Below are positions 29,018 through 37,207 of a DNA stretch of 64,000 nt, one piece after another. The DNA is from an uncultured Flavonifractor sp. GTDB lineage: Bacteria; Bacillota; Clostridia; Oscillospirales; Oscillospiraceae. Within the stretch, counting starts at the first letter, position 1, and each line of letters starts with the position of its first letter. The stretch lies in NCBI RefSeq assembly GCF_944385615.1, contig NZ_CALWXV010000003.1, positions 31,323 through 95,322 of the forward strand, in the 5' to 3' direction. The translations under genes were made by a program, and so were the position numbers. The notes under the pieces were generated by a model. It saw only the letters and a list, made by a program, of their open reading frames with translations. It searched no databases and was not told the DNA's origin.

Positions 29018-30292
29018 TTACTCCCGCACCATCACCGAAATACCGTTGGGAATGACCACCAGATGGGCATCCGGTCCCTTGGCCTGACGGGCCCGCTCCA
29101 GAGCGGTGTCCACATCGGGGGCCCACTCCATCTTCATGTCCTCAATGGTCTGGCGCTGCTCGGGCACGGTGACGTAGATCACGCGGTGCTTACACAGCAC
29201 ACGGGCCAGGATCTGGAACTCCCACTGGTCGGGCTTGGTGTGGTCCTGAGGCGTGGCCAGAATCTCCTCGGTCAGGGCCTGGGGGGAGGAGGCGTCCCGC
29301 AGGGCATGATAGAAACTGTCCCCGCCGGCCCCGTCCATGCAGGAGCTGACCATGATGAGCACCCCGCCCTCGGCTGCGGCGGCCTCCGCCGCAGTGAGGC
29401 CCTTGACGCTCTGGTAGATATTCTGATCCAAGGGGTAGCCGCCGTTGCTGGAGATGACGATATCGCCCCGGCGCTCCGGCTTGACCTGACAGTAGCCCAG
29501 CAGGAAGTCGCAGCCTTTGCGGTGGGCGGTCTCCGGGTCGCCGGCAAAGGCGGCCACTACCTTTTTGTCCTCATCAATGATGACATTTACGATATAAGCC
29601 AGCTTGGCCATCTTGGCGGCGGCCAGCATATCGGTGTGAAGGGGATTGCCATCCAGTACGCCGGTGCGGGCGTAGGGGGAGGCGATGAACTTGGAGCAGT
29701 GATTGCCCAGTACGGTGACCTGATCGCACACGCCGGGGAGCACACTCTTGCGGCCGCCGGAGAAGCCGGCGAAGAAGTGGGGCTCAATGAAGCCCTCGGC
29801 CACCAGCAGGTCGGTTTCCACCGCCAGCCGGTCAATCACACAGTCGGCGCCGGAAGGGAGCACGCCGATTTTCACATTGGAGGCGGGGTCCCGGCTGTCA
29901 TGGATCACAATCTTCTCATGCTCCACAATGTCCTCGCCCAGCTTGCCCACCAGCTCTTCCTTTGTGGTGGGTCGGTGGAAACCGGTGGCCACCAGCAGGG
30001 TGATCTGGATGTTGGGATTGCCCCGGCGCAGCTCCCCCAGCATGTGGGGCAGGATATGCTTGCTGGGGACGGGACGAGTATGGTCGCTGATGATGATGGT
30101 ACACGTCTTTTTTCCGGCGGCCAACTCATACAGGGGTTTGGATTGAATGGGGGAGGCCATGGCGGTCAGAACCAGACCGTCTTCGGTGTCAGAGGCGGTC
30201 AGCTCCCCAATGTGGGAGGTGAGGACCTCTGCCCCGGACAGATCGGCGTGAAGGGTCATGCCGGCTGTTCCGAAGGGGATCGTAAGTGCCAT
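29018..30292 (-). CDS. larA: Nickel-pincer dependent lactate racemase
   Basis: SDHTRPVPS, ATGFHR, EPHFFAGFSGGRKSVLPG, GYPLDQNIYQSVKG. Confidence 0.9.
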   Translation of the reverse strand: MALTIPFGTAGMTLHADLSGAEVLTSHIGELTASDTEDGLVLTAMASPIQSKPLYELAAGKKTCTIIISDHTRPVPSKHILPHMLGELRRGNPNIQITLLVATGFHRPTTKEELVGKLGEDIVEHEKIVIHDSRDPASNVKIGVLPSGADCVIDRLAVETDLLVAEGFIEPHFFAGFSGGRKSVLPGVCDQVTVLGNHCSKFIASPYARTGVLDGNPLHTDMLAAAKMAKLAYIVNVIIDEDKKVVAAFAGDPETAHRKGCDFLLGYCQVKPERRGDIVISSNGGYPLDQNIYQSVKGLTAAEAAAAEGGVLIMVSSCMDGAGGDSFYHALRDASSPQALTEEILATPQDHTKPDQWEFQILARVLCKHRVIYVTVPEQRQTIEDMKMEWAPDVDTALERARQAKGPDAHLVVIPNGISVMVRE

Positions 30293-30331
30293 TGCAGTTA
30301 CCTCCTTAGCGTATCAGATCATGGTGGTTAA

Positions 30332-30348
30332 ATTGGTTCGACCACTTT
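30332..30348. promoter_or_regulatory. FadR/LldR-type operator upstream of larA
   Basis: AATTGGTTCGACCACTT, TGGT-N3-ACCA palindrome. Confidence 0.7.
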
Positions 30349-30600
30349 GTTGCTGACAACACTTTACCACATTTTTTGAAAAAAGCAATCCCTGGTTTTC
30401 ATTTTCTCTCATATTCCTAAAATTGAAGATGAGATTTATGCAAAATGATAATTTTGAACGAAAATAAGGAAATGTTATAGACATTCTTCACATGAAATCT
30501 TATAATAAATACTATCTAGTTTATAGATGGCCGGCCTGAGATGGATAGCGCTGGCCATAGAATCAAGGAGGGATTGGCCGAGAAATTTATTTTTTATTTA

Positions 30601-30617
30601 AACTGGTAGAACCAATA
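30601..30617. promoter_or_regulatory. FadR/LldR-type operator upstream of lctP
   Basis: AACTGGTAGAACCAATA, TGGT-N3-ACCA palindrome. Confidence 0.7.
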
Positions 30618-30676
30618 AAAAGGAACTGCCGCCCGGATGCGGACGGCGGCGGGAGAAGAAGGAGGTCCCGTTTTCT

Positions 30677-32236
30677 ATGACATTGCTGATGTCTGTACTT
30701 ACTCTGCTGCCTATTGTCTGGCTGGTCATCGCTTTGGCTGTTCTGAAGATGCCGGGCCATCGGGCCTGTCTGATCGCGCTGGTCATTGCCGCTGTACTGG
30801 CCCTTACCCTGTGGAAGATGCCGCCGGTGGACTGTGTGACCTCAGCGCTGGAGGGCTTTGCGGCGGCATTGTGGCCCATCATCCTGGTCATTATCGCCGC
30901 GATCTTCACCTATAATCTGTCTTTGCGCACCGGCGCTATGGACGTCATCAAGCGGATGCTGTCCAATGTGTCGGGGGATAAGCGGGTCATCATCCTGCTC
31001 ATCGGCTGGTGCTTCGGCGGCTTTTTGGAGGGTATGGCCGGCTTTGGTACCGCAGTGGCGATTCCCGCCGGTATGCTGGCCGGTATGGGTATGGACCCGG
31101 TTCTGTCCTGCTTGGTGTGTATGCTGGCAAACGCCTTCCCCACGGCCTTCGGCTCTGTTGGTATCCCTACCACTACGCTGGTCAGCGTCACCGGCCTGGA
31201 TGCCATTCCGCTGGCCTTCACCACCGTGGTGGAGATGGCGCCCTTTATGATCCTCATGCCCTTCCTGATGGTCATCGCCGGAGGCGGCGGAATCAAGGCT
31301 TTGAAGGGCGTGGTGGGCATTACGCTGGTGGCTGGGCTGTCCTTCCTTCTGCCTGAGCTACTGGTGTCCTACTTCCTGGGGCCTGAGCTGACTGTGGTAG
31401 TGGGCAGCGTGGTCTCCCTGGTCTGTACTTTGTTGATGGCCCGGACCCGCAAGGGCAAGGCCATTCCCCAGGAGTATCAGATGACAGGAGGCCAGACGGC
31501 CCAGGAGGCAAAGGAGAGCGCCATGTCTCCGTTGGTTGCCTTTCTGCCCTTCCTGCTGATTTTCGTCCTGCTGCTGGTGACCTCCAAGCTGGTGCCGCCG
31601 GTCAACAGCTTCTTGGCCCAGTTCTCCTCTTCCTTCCAGATCAGCACCTCGGCGGCGGCGGGTTTGACCTCCTTCAGCTGGGTGAATACCCCCGGTGTGA
31701 TGATCTTTGTGGCGGCCATCATCGGGGGGATCGTCCAGAAGGCCAGTGCCAAGCTGATGTGGCAGACCTTCCTGGATACCCTGAAGCAGATGAGCCGCAC
31801 CATCATCACTATCATGGCGGTGCTGGCGGTGGCCAAGATCATGACCTACTCCGGCATGATCTCTGATATGGCCGGCCTGTTTGTCTCCATCACCGGTGTG
31901 TTTTATCCCTTTGTCTCTCCTATCATCGCTGCCATCGGCGCCTTTGTCACCGGCAGCGGCACCAATACTGAAGTGCTGCTGGGCCGGCTTCAGTCGGAGG
32001 CGGCGGTGGCCATCGGGGCCTCGCCCTACTGGCTGGCGGCAGCCAACTCGGTGGGCGCGGGCATCGGCAAGATCCTCTCGCCCCAGTGCATCGCCACTGC
32101 CGTGGCGGCAGTGGGCCTGGTGGGTCAGGACAGCAAGGTGCTGGCCGCCGTGCTGAAGTGGGCGCTGCTGATGCTGGTGCTGGCCTGTATCCTGGTGGGC
32201 TGCTTCCAGTGGGTTGCCCCCTATCTGGTGGGGTAA
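30677..32236 (+). CDS. lctP: L-lactate permease
   Basis: FGGFLEGMAGFGTAVAIP, PTAFGSVGIP, FVTGSGT, GKILSPQ; divergent from larA. Confidence 0.93.
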   Translation: MTLLMSVLTLLPIVWLVIALAVLKMPGHRACLIALVIAAVLALTLWKMPPVDCVTSALEGFAAALWPIILVIIAAIFTYNLSLRTGAMDVIKRMLSNVSGDKRVIILLIGWCFGGFLEGMAGFGTAVAIPAGMLAGMGMDPVLSCLVCMLANAFPTAFGSVGIPTTTLVSVTGLDAIPLAFTTVVEMAPFMILMPFLMVIAGGGGIKALKGVVGITLVAGLSFLLPELLVSYFLGPELTVVVGSVVSLVCTLLMARTRKGKAIPQEYQMTGGQTAQEAKESAMSPLVAFLPFLLIFVLLLVTSKLVPPVNSFLAQFSSSFQISTSAAAGLTSFSWVNTPGVMIFVAAIIGGIVQKASAKLMWQTFLDTLKQMSRTIITIMAVLAVAKIMTYSGMISDMAGLFVSITGVFYPFVSPIIAAIGAFVTGSGTNTEVLLGRLQSEAAVAIGASPYWLAAANSVGAGIGKILSPQCIATAVAAVGLVGQDSKVLAAVLKWALLMLVLACILVGCFQWVAPYLVG

Positions 32237-32248
32237 GCGTATCAGTAT

Positions 32249-32298
32249 AAAAATCCCCTGTGGAAACCTGTTTTTCAGGGTATCCACAGGGGATTTTG
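32249..32298. terminator. Bidirectional terminator
   Basis: AAAATCCCCTGTGGA...TCCACAGGGGATTTT. Confidence 0.8.
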
Positions 32299-32310
32299 CT
32301 GTCTGGTATG

Positions 32311-33003
32311 TTATTGCAGGGTACCGTCGGGGGAAATCACCACCACATGGAGAGGAATGTCCTTTCCGCTGGCGGCCACAGCGGTCTGGACTGCCCGCTG
32401 GATGCCGCCGCAGCAGGGTACCGTCATGCGGACCACAGTGACTTCTTTTACATGATTGCTCGCCAGGATGGCGGTGAGCTTTTCCGTGTAATCCCCTTCG
32501 TCCAGCTTGGGGCAGCCGATCAGGGTCACCTTGCCTTGGATGAAATCCTGATGGAAGCTGCCGTAGGCGTAGGCGGTGCAATCGGCGGCGATGAGCAGGT
32601 GGCAGCCGTCAAAATAGGGGGCATTCACCGGGGCCAGCTTGATCTGGACCGGCCACTGGCGCAGCTGGCTGGGGACAGTTCCGGCGGTGGGGGAGGGGGC
32701 CTGATGCTCTGGGCGGATGGTGCGGCTCATGCTGCCAGGGCAGCCACAGGGCTGGGGCGCGGCCTTTGCCGCCTTGGCGGCCAGTACGGCGGCGTGGTCA
32801 TAGGCCGGGGCCTCCCGTTCCTCAAAGGTGATGGCTCCGGTGGGGCAGGCGGGCAGACAGTCTCCCAGTCCGTCACAGTAGTCCTCCCGGGTGAGCTTTG
32901 CCTTGCCGTCCACCATCTCAATGGCCCCTTCGTGACAGGCGGCGGCGCACAGGCCGCAGCCGTTGCACAGAGTCTCGTCGATCTTTATGATTTTGCGTTT
33001 CAT
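32311..33003 (-). CDS. 4Fe-4S dicluster protein with conserved Cys-rich C-terminal domain
   Basis: CNGCGLC...C and CDGLGDCLPACP ferredoxin motifs; GCPG, QWPVQIKL, AADC, GCPKLD, VPCCGG. Confidence 0.85.
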   Translation of the reverse strand: MKRKIIKIDETLCNGCGLCAAACHEGAIEMVDGKAKLTREDYCDGLGDCLPACPTGAITFEEREAPAYDHAAVLAAKAAKAAPQPCGCPGSMSRTIRPEHQAPSPTAGTVPSQLRQWPVQIKLAPVNAPYFDGCHLLIAADCTAYAYGSFHQDFIQGKVTLIGCPKLDEGDYTEKLTAILASNHVKEVTVVRMTVPCCGGIQRAVQTAVAASGKDIPLHVVVISPDGTLQ

Positions 33004-33061
33004 TTGGAACGCCTCCTTGCTTCTGAGTGAGGATAGTATACCAGACACACCTTCCCATATC

Positions 33062-33077
33062 TGTTGCAGCGGCAACA
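33062..33077. promoter_or_regulatory. Palindromic activator-type site TGTTGC-N4-GCAACA
   Basis: Perfect 6-bp inverted repeat 21 nt upstream of minus-strand -10 TATACT (33035-33040), CRP/FNR class II-like position. Confidence 0.55.
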
Positions 33078-33096
33078 AAAAAGAAAAGATAGATGG

Positions 33097-33131
33097 AAAA
33101 AGGCGCGCTGCTCACATACAGCGCGCCTTTT
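33097..33131 (-). terminator. Terminator after ireB
   Basis: AAAAGGCGCGCTG...CAGCGCGCCTTTT. Confidence 0.75.
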
Positions 33132-33145
33132 GGGATTCCGCAAGG

Positions 33146-33394
33146 TCAGTCTCTGAGATACTGCTTGACCAATTCCTGCAACAGCTCGTCCCGATCCAGC
33201 TTGCGGATCAAGGCCCGGGCATTGTTGTAGTTGGTAATATAGGTCGGGTCCTCCGAGAGGATGTACCCCACGATCTGATTGATGGGGTTGTATCCCTTCT
33301 CCTGAAGGGAGCTGTATACGGAGGTCAGCACCTCTTTGATCTCAGGGTCCTTTTCGTAGCGGATGCTGAATTTACGGGTATAATCCGGCTCCAT
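33146..33394 (-). CDS. ireB: IreB/ReoM family regulatory phosphoprotein (DUF965)
   Basis: [27 protein letters not shown]...[18 protein letters not shown]. Confidence 0.92.
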   Translation of the reverse strand: MEPDYTRKFSIRYEKDPEIKEVLTSVYSSLQEKGYNPINQIVGYILSEDPTYITNYNNARALIRKLDRDELLQELVKQYLRD

Positions 33395-33515
33395 ACCTAT
33401 CACACCTCCCGGTTAAAATCTAATCCTCATTGTAGCCGAAAAACTGGCCGCTGTAAAGAGGGGCAATGAAAATTTATCAATCTTTAAGATGTTGGAAAGA
33501 AAACATCGGACGCGT

Positions 33516-33542
33516 TGCAACCATTTGATGGGAACCGTGGTA
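33516..33542 (+). promoter_or_regulatory. Putative ECF autoregulatory promoter TGCAAC-N14-CGTGGTA
   Basis: AAC in -35 and CGT in -10 typical of ECF promoters; about 100 nt upstream of the ECF gene; twin of 20424-20450. Confidence 0.5.
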
Positions 33543-33638
33543 TTATTGGTACCAGAGGGCCGGAGAGGGCCGCTGTCCATGGGCATGGGCGGCGGGGAAC
33601 CGACGGGACCTGGATGCCCAAAAGAGAGGTGAAGCGCC

Positions 33639-34106
33639 ATGACAGACGAGAGGAGCGCCCGGGCACAGATAGACCGCTGGGGGGATATGGTGTGGCGGCT
33701 GGCATTGGCCCGCACCCGCCATATTCAGGACAGTGAGGATGTATTTCAGGAGGTGTTTTCCCGTTTCTTTCGACATCAGGAGAACCTGGACAGCGACGAG
33801 CATCGAAAGGCCTGGCTCATCCGCTGTACCCTGAACTGTACCAACACGCTGTTGTCCGCTCGCTGGCGGACTCACCTGCCTCTGGAGGAGGCGGTAACCC
33901 AAGCTATGGAGCCGGAGGACCGGGAGGTCTATCAGGCAGTGCTGGCCCTGCCTCGGAAATACCGTACCGCTCTCCACCTGCACTATTATGAGGGCTACTC
34001 GGTGACAGAGATCGCAGCCCTTACCGGGGCCCGGGAAGGGACGGTAAAAAGCTGGCTGTCCCGGGGCCGGGAGAAGCTGGCGGTGGAACTGAAAGGAGAT
34101 GACTGA
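33639..34106 (+). CDS. ECF RNA polymerase sigma-70 factor (SigV-like)
   Basis: DSEDVFQEVF, KAWLIRCTLN, LPRKYRTALHLHYYEGYSVTEIA..TG.REGTVKSWLSRGREKL. Confidence 0.92.
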   Translation: MTDERSARAQIDRWGDMVWRLALARTRHIQDSEDVFQEVFSRFFRHQENLDSDEHRKAWLIRCTLNCTNTLLSARWRTHLPLEEAVTQAMEPEDREVYQAVLALPRKYRTALHLHYYEGYSVTEIAALTGAREGTVKSWLSRGREKLAVELKGDD

Positions 34107-34109
34107 CCC

Positions 34110-35579
34110 ATGATGGAGCGCTATAGACGAGCCAACGAGGTTCTCCACCCCACCCGGTCTGCCATGGAGCGGGCGATAACGGGGGAGAGGCCCCGCCGGA
34201 AGAAAAAGCCCCTGAAAGCCCTGATCCCGGCGGGTGTGGCAGGTGTGGCGGCCATTGCCCTGTTAGTCACTGGGATTCCGGGCTTGTCAAGCGGCAGCGG
34301 GCCGCTGGGGGGCAGCGCCTACGCCATTGCCCTGCCGGAGTATCCTGATCTGCCCCAATACCCCACCGAGCCGCTGGGAGGCGATGAGGCCGCCTGGGAG
34401 CGGTTCAATCAGGACTTTGATCTCTATTGGAACGCCTGGCGGGATTATCAAGAGGAGGTTCCTGCACTGAGAGATACCCCCGCGCTTATGGAGGCGCTGG
34501 AGGACTTTACCGAACAGAGCACCACTCTGGCGTTGGCAGGGGAGGATAACCGGGTATATTCCCCCATATCCCTGTGGTTTGCCTTGGCCATGCTTGCAGA
34601 AACCACCGGTGGAGATACCCGGCAGCAGGTACTGGATGTTTTGGGGGCCTTTGACACGGAGCAGCTGCAAGAGTGGGCGGACATTTTGTGGCACACCCTC
34701 TATCTGGATGACGGTACTGCCACGTCCCTGCTGGGTACCTCTATCTGGCTCAATGAAGACATAGGATTCCACCAGGATACCCTGAATATTCTGGCCAAGC
34801 ACTACTATACCGGCTCCTACCAGGTGCCCATGGGCACCGACAAGGCGGACAACGCGCTCAGTGCCTGGGTATCGGAACAGACCAAAGGACTGATCGGCTC
34901 TGACGGCAAGGTGCTGGAGACCAACACTGACACCCTGGCGGTACTGGCCTCTACGCTCTATTACCAGGCGGGATGGAGGAATGAGTTTCATCCATCCAAC
35001 ACGAAAGAAGACGTTTTCACCGCCGCTGACGGCACCGAAACCAGGGTAGATTTCATGCACATGACCCAGGATGCGACCTTTCTGCGGCAGGACGGCTATC
35101 AGGCCGCTTCCCTGAGTACCACCTTTGGACAAATGATCTTTGTACTGCCCGACGAGGGTATCAGCCCTGCCGGTCTGCTGGCCGATCCGGAGTTTTTGAA
35201 GGAGACCACCGATTTTGAGGATGGCATTTATGGTGAGGTCCAGTGGTCGGTGCCCAAGTTTGACGTCAGCTCCGACCTGGACCTGAAAACCACCCTGGAG
35301 GGACTGGGCATCACCGATGTATTCCACCCGGAGGTCTCTGATTTCTCCCCTCTGACAGATTTGGAGCCGGTGTGGCTGGACCAGGCCAAACAGATCGCCC
35401 GGGTAAAGGTAAACGAGGAAGGGGTAGAGGCTGCCGCCGTCACGCTATTGGCGGACAGTGGAGCATCCGCCCCACCGGAGGACCCCAAGGTCTGTATCAT
35501 GGATCTGGACCGGCCCTTCCTCTTCCTGATCCAGGCTGAGGGCGTCACCCTCTTTGTGGGTGTGGTGGAACAAGTATAG
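34110..35579 (+). CDS. Membrane-anchored serpin (serine protease inhibitor) with anti-sigma-like N-terminus
   Basis: NRVYSPISLWFALAML, LYYQAGW..EF, VDFMH, FVLPDEG, VPKFDVSS, VNEEGVEAAAVT hinge, LDRPFLFLI serpin signature; N-terminal RRKKK plus TM helix. Confidence 0.92.
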   Translation: MMERYRRANEVLHPTRSAMERAITGERPRRKKKPLKALIPAGVAGVAAIALLVTGIPGLSSGSGPLGGSAYAIALPEYPDLPQYPTEPLGGDEAAWERFNQDFDLYWNAWRDYQEEVPALRDTPALMEALEDFTEQSTTLALAGEDNRVYSPISLWFALAMLAETTGGDTRQQVLDVLGAFDTEQLQEWADILWHTLYLDDGTATSLLGTSIWLNEDIGFHQDTLNILAKHYYTGSYQVPMGTDKADNALSAWVSEQTKGLIGSDGKVLETNTDTLAVLASTLYYQAGWRNEFHPSNTKEDVFTAADGTETRVDFMHMTQDATFLRQDGYQAASLSTTFGQMIFVLPDEGISPAGLLADPEFLKETTDFEDGIYGEVQWSVPKFDVSSDLDLKTTLEGLGITDVFHPEVSDFSPLTDLEPVWLDQAKQIARVKVNEEGVEAAAVTLLADSGASAPPEDPKVCIMDLDRPFLFLIQAEGVTLFVGVVEQV

Positions 35580-35587
35580 GATACAGC

Positions 35588-35633
35588 AACAAAACGGTCC
35601 CCACGGCACATTGCCGTGGGGACCGTTTTGTTG
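35588..35633. terminator. Bidirectional terminator
   Basis: CAACAAAACGGTCCCCACGGCA...TGCCGTGGGGACCGTTTTGTTG. Confidence 0.85.
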
Positions 35634-35637
35634 AGAG

Positions 35638-37182
35638 TTACACCAGCGGCGCCAATACCCGCAGGATGGAGCGGAACAGCCGCCGGGGCCAGGACCGCTC
35701 CAGACATTGCTCCAGCGTGATCTCACGGCACTGGAGCTGGGTAGCCAGAAAATCGGCCTTGACGTCCAGAAGGGTAAAGTCCCGGTAGAGAAGTACCGCG
35801 TCCTCAAAATGGAGGAACATACTCCGGTAATCCATATTGATAGTGCCCACCACCCCATAGAGATCATCCGCCACCACATTTTTGGCGTGGACAAAGCCGG
35901 GGGTATATTCCAAAATGGTGACCCCCGCCTCCAGCAAAGGTTGATAGTGGGAGCGGGTCAGCTCAAACACCAGCTTCTTGTCGGGAATGTGGGGCGTCAT
36001 GATGCGCACATCCACCCCCGACTTGGCGGCGTTGCACAAAGCGGTGTTGACGCTGTCGCTGACAATGAGATAGGGCGTCATGATATAGATATACCGCTTG
36101 GCCTTGGAGATCAGGTTCAGGTATACCGTCTCGCCCACCGGTTCATTGTCCAGAGGATTATCTGCATAGGGCTGGACAAAACAGTCTTTCCCCAGAGTGG
36201 ACTCAGGTGGTAGGGCAGCAGGCCGGAGAGCGTCGTAATCCACCTTCACCTCCCGGATATACTCCCACATGGTGAGAAACATCACCGTCATGCTCCAGGC
36301 CGCCTCGCCCTTCACCAGAATGGCGCTGTCCTTCCAGTGGCCGAAGCGGGGCTTTTGGTTGATATACTCATCGGCCAGGTTGATGCCGCCGGTAAAGGCG
36401 GTGTGGCCGTCGATGATGCACAGTTTCCGGTGGTCCCGGTTGTTCATGCGGATGGAGATCACCGGCTTGAAGCGGTTGAAGAAGCAGCAGGGGATACCAG
36501 TCTCCTCCTCAAATTTGACCGCGTAATTGGCGGGCAGAGTGCCCAGGGAGCCTACGTCGTCATAGATCACCCGCACATCCACCCCGGCGGCGTGCTTTTC
36601 CTTCAAAACAGCCACAATGCTGTCCCAGAACACGCCGGGAGCCAGGATGAAGTATTCCAGGAAGATATACCGCTTGGCCTTTTTAAGCTCCTCCAGCATG
36701 GCGGGGAAGGCGTCGTCCCCCAGCGGGAAGTACCGGGTCCAGGTGTTGGTGTATACCGGGCAGCGGGCATATCGCTCCAGGTAACGGGCCTGATTTACCG
36801 CGTCCCGGCCCAAAACGGACAGAGTTTGGGCTTTGTAGTCCCGCTCCAGCTGTTCCAGCATGGTGCGGTCCATGCCCTGCATCTTCCGGCGCATCCGGGC
36901 GGACAGCTTGTTGCCCCCGCACAGCAGATACACCAGCCAGCCGAACATGGGGAAGAGGAGGATGGGAATGATCCAGGCGATCTTATATCCCGGGTCGGTC
37001 TGCCGCCGGACAATGACCAGCACCGCCAGCAGGGACAGGACCACACAGGCCCAGTACACATAGACATAATAGTTGGAGGCCCACACCATGGGTATCAGCA
37101 GCACTACGGCCTGCAGCAGAATCAGCAGGGCCACGATCACCGAGCGCTGAAAGAGGAAGGAAGATAGCTTTTTGATGTTCAC
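35638..37182 (-). CDS. cls: Cardiolipin synthase
   Basis: Two HKD-type motifs (NRDHRKLCIIDG; HAKNVVADD...GTINMDYRS), N-terminal TM helices. Confidence 0.93.
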   Translation of the reverse strand: MNIKKLSSFLFQRSVIVALLILLQAVVLLIPMVWASNYYVYVYWACVVLSLLAVLVIVRRQTDPGYKIAWIIPILLFPMFGWLVYLLCGGNKLSARMRRKMQGMDRTMLEQLERDYKAQTLSVLGRDAVNQARYLERYARCPVYTNTWTRYFPLGDDAFPAMLEELKKAKRYIFLEYFILAPGVFWDSIVAVLKEKHAAGVDVRVIYDDVGSLGTLPANYAVKFEEETGIPCCFFNRFKPVISIRMNNRDHRKLCIIDGHTAFTGGINLADEYINQKPRFGHWKDSAILVKGEAAWSMTVMFLTMWEYIREVKVDYDALRPAALPPESTLGKDCFVQPYADNPLDNEPVGETVYLNLISKAKRYIYIMTPYLIVSDSVNTALCNAAKSGVDVRIMTPHIPDKKLVFELTRSHYQPLLEAGVTILEYTPGFVHAKNVVADDLYGVVGTINMDYRSMFLHFEDAVLLYRDFTLLDVKADFLATQLQCREITLEQCLERSWPRRLFRSILRVLAPLV

Positions 37183-37207
37183 AGGGTTACTCCTTGCCGC
37201 GGAAGGG

